A DNA stretch of 64,000 nt from Trichodelitschia bisporula (Eukaryota). Of the stretch, positions 33,868 to 46,286 are shown one piece after another. Under the pieces are notes generated by a model. It was not told the DNA's origin, ran no database searches, and saw nothing but the letters and a program-made list of their open reading frames with translations. How positions within the stretch are numbered: the first letter of the stretch is position 1; every line of letters starts with the position of its first letter. Made by a program: the position numbers and the translations under genes. Location of the stretch: positions 558,001 through 622,000 of the forward strand of contig ML996700.1 in assembly GCA_010356995.1 (NCBI GenBank). Reading direction: 5' to 3'.

Positions 33868-35007
33868 GTTGTCGATAGGTATTCGTTCAAAGAATCTAAC
33901 TCTTGATTGAGGAAATGGTTGCTTGGGGGCTTCGTTTGCTTTGTAGTATCGTCTTGCTCGTTGCTTGCTGCTCCCCAAATTTCACCGCGGGGTCGTCCGC
34001 CTTTTATGCCCCCCACCCCCTGCCCACTTCCGCATGGAAAACATGACAGCCCGCTCTAGGTGCTGCACCTCGCCCCCGCATCCCGCCGATCGGAGCGCCG
34101 CACAAAGCGCGCGCGGACCCTGTGCATCTCTTCAGGCGGCGCAATATCCCCGCAGACGCCTGCCACCGACGACACCGGGACAACGAGGCCGTGAGTCCTA
34201 CTGGCCGCGTGGGCAATCAGATACCTGCGTGGTTTGTGCGGCTGCCGCCACCACCCATGCTACTGGGTGCGGGGTATGTGCCTGCCTGGTTCACCGGAGG
34301 CGGAGTGTCGGGCTGGGAGTTGCTTTTCTCTGACACTCATGGTGGTGGTTGCTTTTCTTCAGACTATGGTGCTTCGACGCTCTTCCAAGCCACGTGTAGC
34401 CGCCAGTCTCGTCTTCGCGATGTCTGCAGGTGTCCGCGTGGTCGGCCTAGTCGATACGGGGGAGCCGCCTGTGGTCACACGGAGGGTGATCGCGGGCGCC
34501 GGGGGAATGAATCGCGAGCTGCCTATGATACGCTCGATTAGGGAAGGTGCGAATACTTCTCCACCGTCATCGTCCGACGACGATAGTCGTAGTCTTTGCG
34601 GAAACTTTCATCTCGTCGGCTTCGTGCCTCTCGCTCGAAGCTCGGCTCCTCGACGACGGAGATTACTGCCCCGCAGCTATCTACCCACGTCCTCGTTCAC
34701 CGTCGCTATCGTCAAGAAGAGAAGGTTTGCGCGCATTCGAGCGGGTAGATAGCAGCTCTACCGGTTTCTGCGGGGTGCCAGCTCCTGGTGTTGATCGGTT
34801 GGCAGGCTTCGATGAGGGCTAAATGGGGATGGGCCTTGTAACCCTAACCTCCGCTGAGTCGTGCCGGTGGGCCGGCTTCGCTTCAGGCTTGGGGTATGTG
34901 AGGGGTGGGCTTGGTAGGCGGAGATAGTGTTGGCATGCGTACTTTGAATGTCTATCGAGGGCTGTGAGGGCTTCCTGGTCTGCATGTTTGCAAGGCTCTG
35001 GGCCATT

Positions 35008-35268
35008 TAACGGGAGCAAAGGCTCCAGCACGTACAGAGGCAACAGTGCAAACTGAAGATTGAAGTAAAGATGAGGAAGAGAGTCAGAGACTCTCGAGAC
35101 TACATACATGATGCAAAGTACCCTCCTATGCTCCTGTCTGCTATCATGCGTACATTACATCATGTTCCTTTTAAAGAGTAATAGGTTTCTTCCAAAGAGT
35201 AGTATGCTCCTTCCAAAGAGTAATATGCTCCTTCCTCACATAACAATGCTCCTTCCATGTCTACATCA
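35008..35268 (-). mobile_element. Solo-LTR-like element, copy D, with internal GGAAGGAGCAT sub-repeats
   Basis: Reverse complement starts TGATG and has GGAAGGAGCATTGTTATGT, ATGATGTAATG and CTCGAGAG. It ends GAGCCTTTGCTCCCGTTA. Confidence 0.7.
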
Positions 35269-35682
35269 TCAATTCGTAGGATGGCGGAGTTTTCAGTGCC
35301 TCCCGTGGATGTTCGGCTTGATAGGGCCGTGTGGGTTCAGCACCAGCAGTTGGAGGGGAAGGCCGGGCCATTCTTTGTGCACCATGGGGCTCTGTGCGTT
35401 GAGGCTGATGGGGGACCGAGACTTCTCGGACGCTGTTTCTGTAGTACGAACGGTACGTTCACAAAGCTCTCTTGAGTCCTCGGTGTGTATCTCCGTCAGC
35501 TTGGAACTAGGGTAATATGTCACTAGAGCCTCCCTCTCACGGGGATGGAAGCATCAGTTCAAAAGACGAGCAACACTGCAACATAAGCATACCAGCATAA
35601 AATCAACCCGCTACCTACCCTCCAATACCAATCGCATGCACGCTAACCCACCCGTCCATCCAACCCCCATATACCCTCCCCC

Positions 35683-37551
35683 TTAACCCAACTCCATACT
35701 AACCTCATCCCCCACCCCCCAACTCCCCTGCCTCTCCTGCACCTCCCCCCGATACCTAAGCGGAACAACCGCATCCTCATCCCACCGCGAACTCACCGTA
35801 CTAACCCCACTAGCCCCACTCCTCCCACTCGCCACACTAGCAATACTCTTCTGACTCTGCGCGCCCTGGCTCTGGCGCCTCGCGGCAGGCAACCAACGCA
35901 ACGCCCCCGCGCTAGCGCGGCTCCGCACGCTCGCGCCGTCGGCGGAGGAATCGTCGACCGCGGAGTTGACGAGTGTGGAGGAGGTCATGGCGGACGAATC
36001 GAGGGTATACCCTTTAGACTCCGAACCACACTCAGCCCCGGCGTTGAGTTTCTCCTCAATAGCAGCAGCGGCGGCAGGTGCGCTCTTGACCTTCTCCGCG
36101 CCCGCGTCATTCGGATCCGCCTCAACGAGCTCCGCATCGCGCACCCACTTCCTGCGGCGCGTATACCGGCCCCAACCATCCTTGCCACGGCGCCCATCCC
36201 TCCACTACCCCCATCAGCATACGAAAACCCACAGAAGCGCCGAAAAACATACCTTAGTATCATAATACACCCACCCCCCCCCCCCCTCAACCCGCCACGT
36301 ACTCCCAGGGACCCATTTCCAAACCGCATGTCCGCCATCCACCTCCGGCAGCTCAAACAGCTCCGGCGGTGCCGAGGCATTATTATGCTCATCCGTCCAC
36401 GCCGCCCTCTCATACGCAAGCATACTCGACGTCCACCCAATCCCCAACCAGCGCCGCTGATTCTCATACAGCGAGAACGTGAAGCGAATCCCAGGGGACG
36501 AGGGCCGGCGCCGACTATTCGCCGCCTTCGCGACGTCGGGCTGGCGCGCGACGGACCGCGCGGCGGACTTGCTGCCCTTGGCGGCCGAAGTGTCGCGCGG
36601 AGGGGGGGCTGCGACGTCCAGGCCGGTGATTAGGGCTGTGAGACGCCGGCCGAGGCGGGAGCGCCAGAGGATGGTGCGGGTTACGCGCGCGGGCTGCGAG
36701 TGCCAGGTTAGGGCGACGGTGCCGAAGAAGAGGACTATGCGTTTTGTGGTGAGGATGTAGAAGGGGGGGAGGGTGAGGAGCCACCAGACCGGGGTGACGA
36801 GAACGATGCGCAAGAACATGGCTGTGAGCGCGGGGCGCGTTGTTGCTGTGGTGGCTGTGCTCTGGGTAGAGAGGAAGTCGGTGAGGGTCAAGAAGGGGTC
36901 GAGCAGGATGTTGCAGCGTGAGGTGAAGACCTTGAGCGTGTCTACGATCTCGTCCAGGCTCTTGCGGTGCTTTAGTGATGTCCCGTCTGTCTCTGAAACT
37001 GACGATGGCCCGCGCTTGTGGCCGCGCTTCTCGCCTGTCCAGCCCGTTGACGACAGCAGCGAGTATCGACGCAGGTACATGCCGAACATCAAGCCGACTA
37101 CGAGCAAAATCGGTCCCGCCGTGCGGAACAGGACATCGCCGTATAATGTAACACCCCAAAAGACCGCAACGAGCAAGAAGCTCTCCCACGGGTCATCGGT
37201 TGACCAGCTCAGCAGACCGAGGAGCCTGTTCAGCGGTGTTATGAAGGGATGGGAGTATGCGAGTGCGCGGGTGATTTGCGGCGGAGTTGCAACGAGCAGC
37301 GGTGACTTCTGGTGTACGAGAATGGTGCTGCGGTGCTTAGGCACCGAGGGTGAATGCGACCATGTTTGCGGGGAGAAAGCCGCGGCCGTGGGCGGCCCGT
37401 TGTCATTGGTGGGAGGGGAGAGCGGCTTCGAGGACTCGTTCGTAGAGCGGGGAGGGGATGACATGTGTTCGAGCCACGGGATATCTACGCGTTAGATATC
37501 AGCAAATGCACTTTGCGGAAGAATGAGAAGACGCTTGCCGATGGCGGCCAT
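35683..37551 (-). CDS. Pex23/Pex30-family peroxisomal/ER membrane protein with a dysferlin domain; intron 36206-36252 and a probable GC-AG first intron
   Basis: HQKSPLLVATPPQITRALAYSHP, LLSWSTDDPWESFL, YENQRRWLGIGW, GWVYYDTK|W...YTRRRKWVRDA. Confidence 0.88.
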
Positions 37552-38559
37552 GCGAACGGAGTTTCAGCCAGCCGGCGAGGGCATGGCGCGGGAGACGCGG
37601 ATTAGGGATGAGTGTAGGAATGGGAAAAGGGTTAAGGTTGAAGCCGAAGGGACAAAGGGTGGAGCGGGGACGTTACCTAGCTTCTACGCAGCAAACGAGG
37701 ATGGGCACGAGGCGTGTCGGTGGATTGCTTTGCATGTGACAGGGTGAGCGGCTCCGCTAGGTGCTTGAATGGAATGCAAACAAGAGGGTTGTGGCGATGG
37801 GAGAGCGAGGGGGATGCTAACACGACGCGTGCTGCGATGGGGTTTTCATAAGAGCGATCAGGCAGAGGGGCATTTGGATATCGTCATGGAGCCTGGCGTT
37901 TGGGTTGGGTAATGGCGTTTGCGTCGTCCTCCCTTCACGTCCAAGGCCGGCAACCCCAGGTGCGGCCGCGCGCCCTGCGGAATCAACGTCATGCTTCAGC
38001 CACAGCTTGGCAGGTGCCTGGTGGTTTGGAGATGATTGATAGAGGATGGGATGCGGATGAGGAAGGCTTTTATCAATGCTCCTGGGCTTTTCGGAATAGA
38101 CATTGGAAGTAGAGAACAGCAATGGCCATGAACGAAAGAGTTAATCTCTACAAAATCCAGGCTTCTGGTGAGATCATTGTTCGGACCAGCTCTGCACTCA
38201 CCCGAAATTGTTCGACCAAACCTCTTGTCAATAGATCCAAATTCACCTGTAGAAAATGTAGCAACGGATCAACGACTTGCATACCTTCGACAACTCACCT
38301 GTAGAGATCTCATACTCGATTTCCTACAGCATCAAAGACACACCCATTCCCTCGACAAAACCATCACCATCCCCTCCCTCGCCTCAATCCCGAAGTCCCC
38401 CCAGCGCAACCCCGGAACAACAATCCCCCGCCCATAACCCGATCCTTTCCAGATTTGCCTCTCATTCCGCAAAAGATATCTCAGCACCCCTCCGCACCAC
38501 ATCTCCGCCAGCACTTCCTCCGCAGCGCAGGGCACCACATCCCCCGCCCACCTGCAACA

Positions 38560-39025
38560 ATGGTCCGCTTCCCCCTCCCCTCCCCCCTCCTCACGCTGGC
38601 TAACCCCCCAGGCGCACCGCATAATAACCCAAGTCGTGCTAACCGGTACCCGCGTCGTCGGCCGCGCCTTCTTCGAAGCCTACAAACAAGCCGCCGCCTC
38701 ACAACGGTACGCAGCAGCCAACGCCAAAAACCCAAACTTCGTCAAGAGCGCCGCATCAGGGGGCCTCACCCTCGAAGAGGCATGCAAAATCCTCAACGTT
38801 GCGCCGCCCAAAGGCGGGAAAATCGACCCCGAGGCCGTAGCCTCACGGTTTAAGAAACTCTTCGATGTGAACGATCCGAAAAAGGGAGGGAGTTTTTATC
38901 TGCAGAGTAAGGTGCTGAGGGCGAGGGAGAGGATCGAGGCTGAGGCGAGGAGTGCGGAGGAGGCGACGGAGAAGGAGAAGGAGTTGAAGGAGGGGTGGAA
39001 TCCGAGGATTTATAAGGATCGGTGA
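38560..39025 (+). CDS. PAM16: Mitochondrial import motor subunit Pam16/Tim16; first coding exon is ATG only, intron 38563-38611
   Basis: M|AHRIITQVVLTGTRVVGRAFFEAYKQA, LTLEEACKILNV, GGSFYLQSKVLRARERI. Confidence 0.96.
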
Positions 39026-39027
39026 TA

Positions 39028-39063
39028 GGGGGTGGGGGGGGGGGGACGGTGGGGGGGGGGGGG

Positions 39064-39111
<48 letters not shown>

Positions 39112-39186
39112 GGGGGAGTTGCTTTGATGCATAGCATGGCGTTTTTATGGGGGCTTGTAAAGAGCGGATGGGGGGGGGGGGGGGGG
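39028..39186 (+). repeat. G-rich/poly-G tracts (G45 at 39066-39110) just after the PAM16 stop
   Basis: Directly visible. Confidence 0.9.
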
Positions 39187-39868
39187 CGCTGTGGGCCCTA
39201 AGGGCTTGGAATAGGGCGTGCACTTTTCTCCGCTCTGGGGTGTAGATATTTGCATGGGTGGATCGATGTGTAAGATAGGCTTGGGGGCAGTGTAGATACA
39301 CCTGGAATGGAGGTTATGCCGCCTACGACTTCGTTTCGACCCTGGACTGGTTCAATTGTTCTATGTCGGTTGAGTGGCATTTTCTCGATAGGTGACATCA
39401 GGTCTGGGGCACAGCGGCGGTCCTTAGCAATGTGATGAGTTCAACGCACTTCACGGTTCAGCAAGTGGGAAGACATGGTTAAGCTAGCAGAACAGATGTA
39501 CAAGTACCGAGAACACTTTTGACCGAACGCCTATAACCGAATCCGCTCATGCAAGGTCAAAGAAACAAGCCAGAGATTCCCCATGCTGCCCCTATGCCGC
39601 CCATCACCGACTCAGGAAACCCAGGGTATCTCTTCGCGTTGCTCACCTCCAGTAACCTCAACGACACACCTTACACATCCCGAAAAACCGCACCCCCGAA
39701 AAAGCGATGCTCTCATGCTCGCCTAAACCTCCCTCCAGACATCCCTCCCATCTATAACCAGCAGCAAAAGCAATGGAGCCTGCGCCCGAACACCGTATGT
39801 ATAGAACAGGAGAAAGCGCAACCGATCAGTTCCCTCGGGTTACGTTTGAGAGTTTGAAACCGTGGAAC

Positions 39869-42021
39869 TTAGTTCACCGCAGGAGAAGCATCCGTCATCT
39901 CGACATCAGCAGGAGTGACGACAGCAGGAGCAGTAAGGATGGAAAACTGCCCGCCACAACCAGCCCAGTCAAGTTCCTTGCCGCGAACAGCCGTGTTGTC
40001 GATGTGAGTGGCGACAGGGACATCCTCATCATGACCCTGTCCAAGTTGATAAGAAGCGTTGAAACCCCAGGAGTACGCCTTGCCCTCCCGGGAAATGGCA
40101 ATGGTATGATCCGACGCGGCAGCTACGAACTTGCAACCACCAGGAATGTCGACCGGAGTGGGCTTGAGAAGCGCCTTGGGACGGTCACCCTGCTTGAGAA
40201 CAAGGCTGTCATCATCCAGATCAAGAGTCTTGAGGTCAATTCCCAGCTGCGAACCATCCATGCGACCCCACACGAGGCACTCGCCGTCAGCCGTGACCGC
40301 GACGGAGTGCTGCAGACCGCCGTCAATCATGGTGACTCCGCGCTTCTCAAGCGCCTTGACGAGCTTTGGCTTCGTGATTTGACTACCCATCTCGCCGGCG
40401 TTTTCGGGGACAGCAGTCTGACCAAAGGTGTTCATGCCCCAAGTGTACACCTTGCCGTCCTTGAGAATGGCGAATGAGTGGTTGTTACCAGCATGGATGG
40501 AGGCAACCTTGCCGCGAGGAAGAGCCAGGCGGTAAGGGGCCAGACCGGCGGCAGCGAAGCGGGTGAGAAGGCGGCGGCCAAGCTGATCCTGAGCACCGGT
40601 GCCCCAAGCGTAAGCGTCACCCTTGCTGTCAAGAGCAATGGCATGATTCTCGCCAACAACAAGCTGCGTGACGTTCTTGAGACCCTTGACCAGGAGCGGA
40701 TCGCGTTGGACAAGGATGATGGCGCCCTCTTCATCGACCGTAAATCCGAAAATGCCGGAGGCATCGCGGAAGGTGCCCCAGCCGTAGACGTCACCAGTGT
40801 CAGTCACAGCGAAACTGACAGAGTCGCCGGCCGCAACATGGACGAACTTGGTGCCTTCAGGGAACTTGTCGGCGGGAATGACGGTAGGAGTGGACTCCAT
40901 AGGGTTGAGTTCGGCAGCCTCGGAATCGGAATCTGAACCACTGTCTTCCTTGTCCGCCATATCCTTCAAACCACCCTCCCAGTCCGTCGAGCGGCCGAGG
41001 GCGCCTTGGTCATTGACACCCCAGGTGATGATGCGACCATCATGAGTGAGTCCAACAGTGTGCATGCCACCGGTCGCGAGCTGAACAATGCCGACCGTGT
41101 CCGCAGAAAGCTTGGGATTGAGGCGCGGGCGCTTGACGTTCGTGCTGTTCGTAGGACCGAGGCCCAGTTCACTGTTGCTACCATCGCCGAAGACGAAGAC
41201 ATGATGCCTCGTAGAAGGGATCTCAGAGATGATGGGACGCGGCTTGACCACCTTGGGCGCAACGGTTTTTGGAGCCGGAGCCGGCTTGGGTGTAGCAGCT
41301 TTCCTGGGCGCCGCTCTGGCCTTGGGAGCCGCCTTTTCCGGAGTAGCCTTGGGTACTGCCTTGGGCGCAGCCTTCTTCGCGATAGCCTTCTTAGGTGCAG
41401 CCTTGGGCGCGGGAGCGGTCTTGCGGCGCTTGTTGGCGGGCTCGGCCTCAGGCTCCTCCTCAGATTCAGGCTCACTCTCAGCGGCGGGTTCCGACTCAGA
41501 GCCAGAGAGCTCGCTCAGATCGCTAGATTCCGAGAAGGGGGTTTTGCGCTTGGAGGCGGCTTTCTTCGCTGTTTGAAGTTAGATCGTGATTCATAAGTAT
41601 GAATAGAAGAGAGGAATGCTGCAGGTGAAAACAATCCGCCAAGGCGCGTATCGGAAGAGAGTGCGAAGTGCGTGAAAACTCATCGGAATGCGCACGACTT
41701 ACTGGGCTTCGCCTCGCTCTGGGCCGGAATCTTCTTCGACGCAGCGGCCGCGGCGCCCTTCGCCTGAGCCTTGGGGCGAGTAGGGATAGACTTTGTGGCA
41801 GTCTTGGACACCACAGTGGTGGTCTTCGTGGTCTTCGTGACCTTCGCCTTGGCCACGGCAGTCTTCGGCGCAGCCTTCTTCGCGGTGGCTGTGGTTGTCC
41901 GCTTAGCGGAGGTGTTCGCTTTAGGAGACTCTTCTTCCTGCTCGGTTTGTTTGGCAGCGTCGGCCTGGCGCGCAGAAACCCGCGTCGGCGCGGCAGCCGC
42001 TGCGGCACGACGAGGCGGCAT
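39869..42021 (-). CDS. RCC1: RCC1 Ran guanine-exchange factor (Pim1/Prp20-like); intron about 41569-41702
   Basis: RCC1 repeats (FGDGSNSELGLG, GGMHT, TWGVNDQGALGR, WGFNASYQLGQG, GCGGQFS) and a basic Ala/Lys/Pro N-terminal tail. Confidence 0.92.
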
Positions 42022-42542
42022 TGTCGAACAGAGAAAGGGGGGAGATCGCTGTTTGTAGAGGGGAGCGCAAAGCTGGGGAAAGTGGATATGACAAACGTTG
42101 GATGCGAAGCTGATGGCAGTGAGATGGAAGATGGGCTTCCGCGAGAGATGTGTTAAGAGAATGAAGGAGAGCGAGGGAACTTCAACGCGTCGAAGAGGAG
42201 CTCTCGAAAAATTGAGCACGGGCCACTCACTGAACAGCCAAGCCTCGGGTTTGTTCTTCACGTCACTTTCGGGGCACAATCTACCAGCGACGATTGGCCA
42301 CACTGGGGTAATCTAACCTGATCTGGAACAATCCAGGTGGTCCAAGCTCCTATCCGTTGTTTACGATCCTTGCTGCCTGGGCGCTTCGTGTCTGCAACAT
42401 TTTTGAGCCTCACGTCGCGCAAGGCCGCCATCCCAGCCACCGTCGCGCTAAGCCACATGACATGCGCCCGCGATCGAGATCCGGCCTCGCTCGCTGTATC
42501 TCGTCTCATCTTCGCTCTCCTCCATTCCTATGGCATATCACC

Positions 42543-44429
42543 ATGTCGCGAAGTAGCTTATTACTTCTCGCCGCTCTTGCGCGCTTTGTCGCGGCCATCC
42601 AGCCCGACGCCTCGCCAGCCGTCGCTGCCCCGCTCCGTCATCTGCCTTGGGGGCAACTCAACTTCCTGCACACTACGGACGTTCACGGCTGGTACGGCGG
42701 ACATCTCCAAGAGTATACACCATTCCAAGGGCGGCCGGGAAACAGCTTGCTAACGCTTTGTAGGCCGTCCTTTTCAGCGGACTGGGGCGACTATATATCC
42801 CTCGCGGAGCACCTTCAACGTAAGGCCGACAGCGAAGGGGTGGATCTGCTTCTCGTTGATACTGGCGATCGTATCGAAGGCAACGGTCTGTACGACGCAT
42901 CCGAACCGAAAGGTCGCTACACATCCAGTATCCTTAAGGAGCAACGCATCGATCTTCTGAGTTCTGGGAACCATGAGTTGTACAAGCAGAACTCATCGGA
43001 GCGCGAGCTCTTCGAAACTGTCCCAGCCTTTCATGGCAAATACATTGCGTCGAATCTCGATATTTACAACCCTGAAACGGGTGAAATTCAGCCTTTAGCT
43101 CAGCGCTTCAAGCGGTTCACCACGAAAAACCTAGGCATCCGTATCACCGCCTTTGGCTTTCTCTTCGACTTCACTGGAAATTTCAATAATACCATCGTCC
43201 AACGTGTACAAGACACGGTCAACGAGCAGTGGTTCCAGGAAGCGATCCATACTGACGAAGTGGACTTGTTTGTCATTTTTGGGCACGTCGCGCTGCACTC
43301 CCCCGAGTACGATCTACTACACCGCGCAATTCGGAGTGTACACTGGGACGTTCCAATTGCCCTGTTCGGCGGTCACAGCCACATCCGCGACTACAGACTA
43401 TATGACTACAAAGCCGCCGGCTTGCAGAGCGGGCGGTATATGGAGACAATCGGATTCATGTCCGTCACCGGCGTTTCGACTCCAGATGATCCACAGCCTC
43501 CGACGCGCTCTCCAACGTGGTCTCGTCGCTACATGGATAACAATCTCTTCTCCTTCCACCATCACACAGGCACTAATGAGACTACTTTCCCAACCTCACA
43601 TGGCCTTAAAGTCTCGAATATGATCACAAAGGCCCGCAAGAACCTGCATCTTTCCGACGTCATCGGCTGCACACCTCGTGACATGTGGGTTAATCGCGCG
43701 CCATATGGCTCCGATGCCAGTATCTTCACCTGGCTGGAGGACTCAGTACTGCCAGACCAGCTCGCCGGCTCACCACGGGTTGCTGGAAAGGGCAAAAAGG
43801 CCCTTGCGATCACCAATACGGGTGCCATTCGCTTCGACATGTTCAAAGGCGCCTTCACCCAAGACACCCAATATCTTGTCTCTCCGTTTACCAGCGGCTT
43901 CAAATTCATCGCGGACGTGCCGCTAGACGATGCTAAGGGTGTCATCGAGCTACTCAACGGCGGCGGGCAAATGATGACGACCGCTGAAGCGCATGGTTTG
44001 CAATCCTGGATGCTGGCACCGCCGGAGCAAATCAGCCCGCGTCCGGGGCGCGCTTCTGTGCTGCCTCCAGTTCGCAGTGACCAGCAGGTGCTGCGCAAGC
44101 CAGAGCTGATCCCGGGATATACAACACTGGACGAGGCGGGTGACGATGGTGACGACACGCTGCATGAGGCACTGCGCTTCTACAGCGTGCCCAACTGCAT
44201 CCAGGCGCCGGTCGGTGACTGGAGCCTAGAAGACAAGAAGCTTCCGCCCGTCGTGGATTTGGTGTATGGTGATTTTATCGAGCCATGGGTTATGGTCGCG
44301 CTCGAGTACTTGGGATATAAGGTGGCCCCTGATGATGTACAGTTATGGATGAAAGGCAAGATGATGACGGAGATGATGACAGAGTGGGTTGCGGAGAACT
44401 GGCCGCCTGTTGATGGCAAATGCACTTGA
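42543..44429 (+). CDS. Secreted/vacuolar calcineurin-like phosphoesterase (YHR202W-like 5'-nucleotidase); probable in-frame intron about 42713-42763
   Basis: Signal peptide, LPWGQLNFLHTTDVHGW, DTGDRIEGNGL, GNHELY, GGHSHIRD, SGRYMETIG. Confidence 0.9.
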   Translation: MSRSSLLLLAALARFVAAIQPDASPAVAAPLRHLPWGQLNFLHTTDVHGWYGGHLQEYTPFQGRPGNSLLTLCRPSFSADWGDYISLAEHLQRKADSEGVDLLLVDTGDRIEGNGLYDASEPKGRYTSSILKEQRIDLLSSGNHELYKQNSSERELFETVPAFHGKYIASNLDIYNPETGEIQPLAQRFKRFTTKNLGIRITAFGFLFDFTGNFNNTIVQRVQDTVNEQWFQEAIHTDEVDLFVIFGHVALHSPEYDLLHRAIRSVHWDVPIALFGGHSHIRDYRLYDYKAAGLQSGRYMETIGFMSVTGVSTPDDPQPPTRSPTWSRRYMDNNLFSFHHHTGTNETTFPTSHGLKVSNMITKARKNLHLSDVIGCTPRDMWVNRAPYGSDASIFTWLEDSVLPDQLAGSPRVAGKGKKALAITNTGAIRFDMFKGAFTQDTQYLVSPFTSGFKFIADVPLDDAKGVIELLNGGGQMMTTAEAHGLQSWMLAPPEQISPRPGRASVLPPVRSDQQVLRKPELIPGYTTLDEAGDDGDDTLHEALRFYSVPNCIQAPVGDWSLEDKKLPPVVDLVYGDFIEPWVMVALEYLGYKVAPDDVQLWMKGKMMTEMMTEWVAENWPPVDGKCT

Positions 44430-44601
44430 GGGCTTTGGACACATTTTTGGGTATACAGACTACAGGGTGAGTTTTGGCGCTATGGTAAAGCGCGACAGCG
44501 CTATGAGTTTCGCACTTCAATCCTATTCAGACTTCCAGTTCATGACTCAATTCCGTCGTTAAGGCTATCCATCTGCATACACGCCATCCACGACATGCCG
44601 T

Positions 44602-44913
44602 CTATTTCTTGCCCGACTTCTTAATGCCCTGGTTGCCGGCACTCAGAGGGCCCTTCTTGCCGGCCATCTTCGCCATCTCCTCGCGAGCCTTCTTGTCTGC
44701 AGAGGTCAGTATGCGCATTCGCTGAAAGATATGCCGGGAGACACCCACCGGCGGCCTGCTTGGCCTTGTAGGTCTTATCGTCCTCATCCTCCTCGACGGC
44801 CTTCTTCTTCGGCTTCTTGTTGTGGATCGGGTTCGTTCCAGCTATAGCGGTCAGCGCGGCCTAGTCGGAGGGATAGAAGGGGGCAGATGCGTACCTCCCT
44901 GTCCGGACGGCAT
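44602..44913 (-). CDS. TMA7: Translation machinery-associated protein 7, 2 introns
   Basis: Spliced MPSGQG...KKPKKKAVEEDEDDKTYKAKQAADKKAREEMAKMAGKKGPLSAGNQGIKKSGKK. Confidence 0.92.
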
Positions 44914-46286
44914 TTTGCTTAAATCTTCGGGGTTAAAGGACTAGTTGAAAAGTGTTGTGTTGTCTGTTCGAAGATTTGTAGCGTGGCGATGATGGTGTTC
45001 TGCTAGCCCACGTTCTGGTCTTTACCCTTGGCCCTGCGGTTACGGTGCCAAGCGTGGTGGGGCGGAGAATTTAGCGTGGAGCGAATGGTGGGGTGAGAGC
45101 TGACGGGCCCTGTGATAAGGCGAGATACTTCGCCCAGCTCCGGACTACTGTGTAGTTTCATGTACCTTCGTATTGCTGTGAACAGGCTAACGAGATGCTG
45201 TACATGAATCCTTTCCATGCATATAGGATACACGGAGGACTGCTGTGCCCCCTCACATCAACATCAGAGAAATTAGTGAGGTGTGGCTTGAGGCCAGGAG
45301 AGACAACACATTTCCCTTCACAGCATTGCTTCTTTGTACACACCACCATCGTTTATTCTTATTCCTAAAGCATCATGCATCGTCCACGTCTTTGTTTCGG
45401 CGCCCGCATTGCGATGCGTGCTGCCTGGACGCTGACATATGCTGCGCGCACCACAGGCGCATCGATCCTTCGGCCAAAACACCACGCCCACCATCACATC
45501 AATACCAAAGTCGCGACCATCACGGCCACGCCTCACCAACCAATTCCTCCAGATCCAGGCCGCTGCTTCTCCTGGTTCCACGCTTCTGGTTGGGCCCCGC
45601 CTGTCAGCAAACATCGGCGGCGTATCAACGCCATCGGGTAACCTTAAAGCTGAAACGCCCAGGGGTTTGAGAGCATCATCCCGACAGCCACGCCGAAATT
45701 TGGCCCGAAGGGGTCCGTGAGAGCTGACACGTCAGAAACACCTGCCCGCTGAACGTGTCGTTGGTATATCTGTAGAAGCGCGCCTTACTCGCGAGATTTC
45801 TCGGGTATCTACGACTGATCGTCCCACGACCGTGCCTGGAGGTTGCTCCTGAAAGATCTACGCATTGCAGCCGCGCTTCAGCCGCATTGCCCCTCCCTCT
45901 CCAAAGCTAGGATCAGCCCATCGCGTTGCCAGTTTACAATCGCCCGAATTGGGAGCACGGGGGAGCTCTTTCTGCTATTTCCACGATACTCACCCGCACA
46001 ACCTGAGCAAGTAAGTTGCCGATGCTCCTCCTTCACCTCCTCAAGCTCCCCTCGCCTCTACTTTTAACGCTCTGTTTGGGTTATAAACACTCTTCATCCT
46101 CATACCACCTGTACTCCACATTCCTTTGGCTTCAAGATCTCATTCCTATATTCCCATACTGCCCACTGCATACGTGACTGGCCCTTTGCCTACAAGTAGC
46201 CAGCCCACCGAGCCTCCGTCAACATGACTCCCGACCAATCCACAATCATGCTGGCCGCGGCGATGTCGCCAGCCTCCGGTATCAGA

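Noticed and set aside
34838..34848. TAACCCTAAC resembling a telomerase RNA template
   Set aside because: Only about 0.8 kb is free downstream and it is interrupted by an LTR relic. No pseudoknot or CR4/5 element was recognisable, and a 10-mer can occur by chance.
42357..42542. N-terminal extension of the 690-aa ORF
   Set aside because: It has a TTG start, and a signal peptide begins at ATG 42543.
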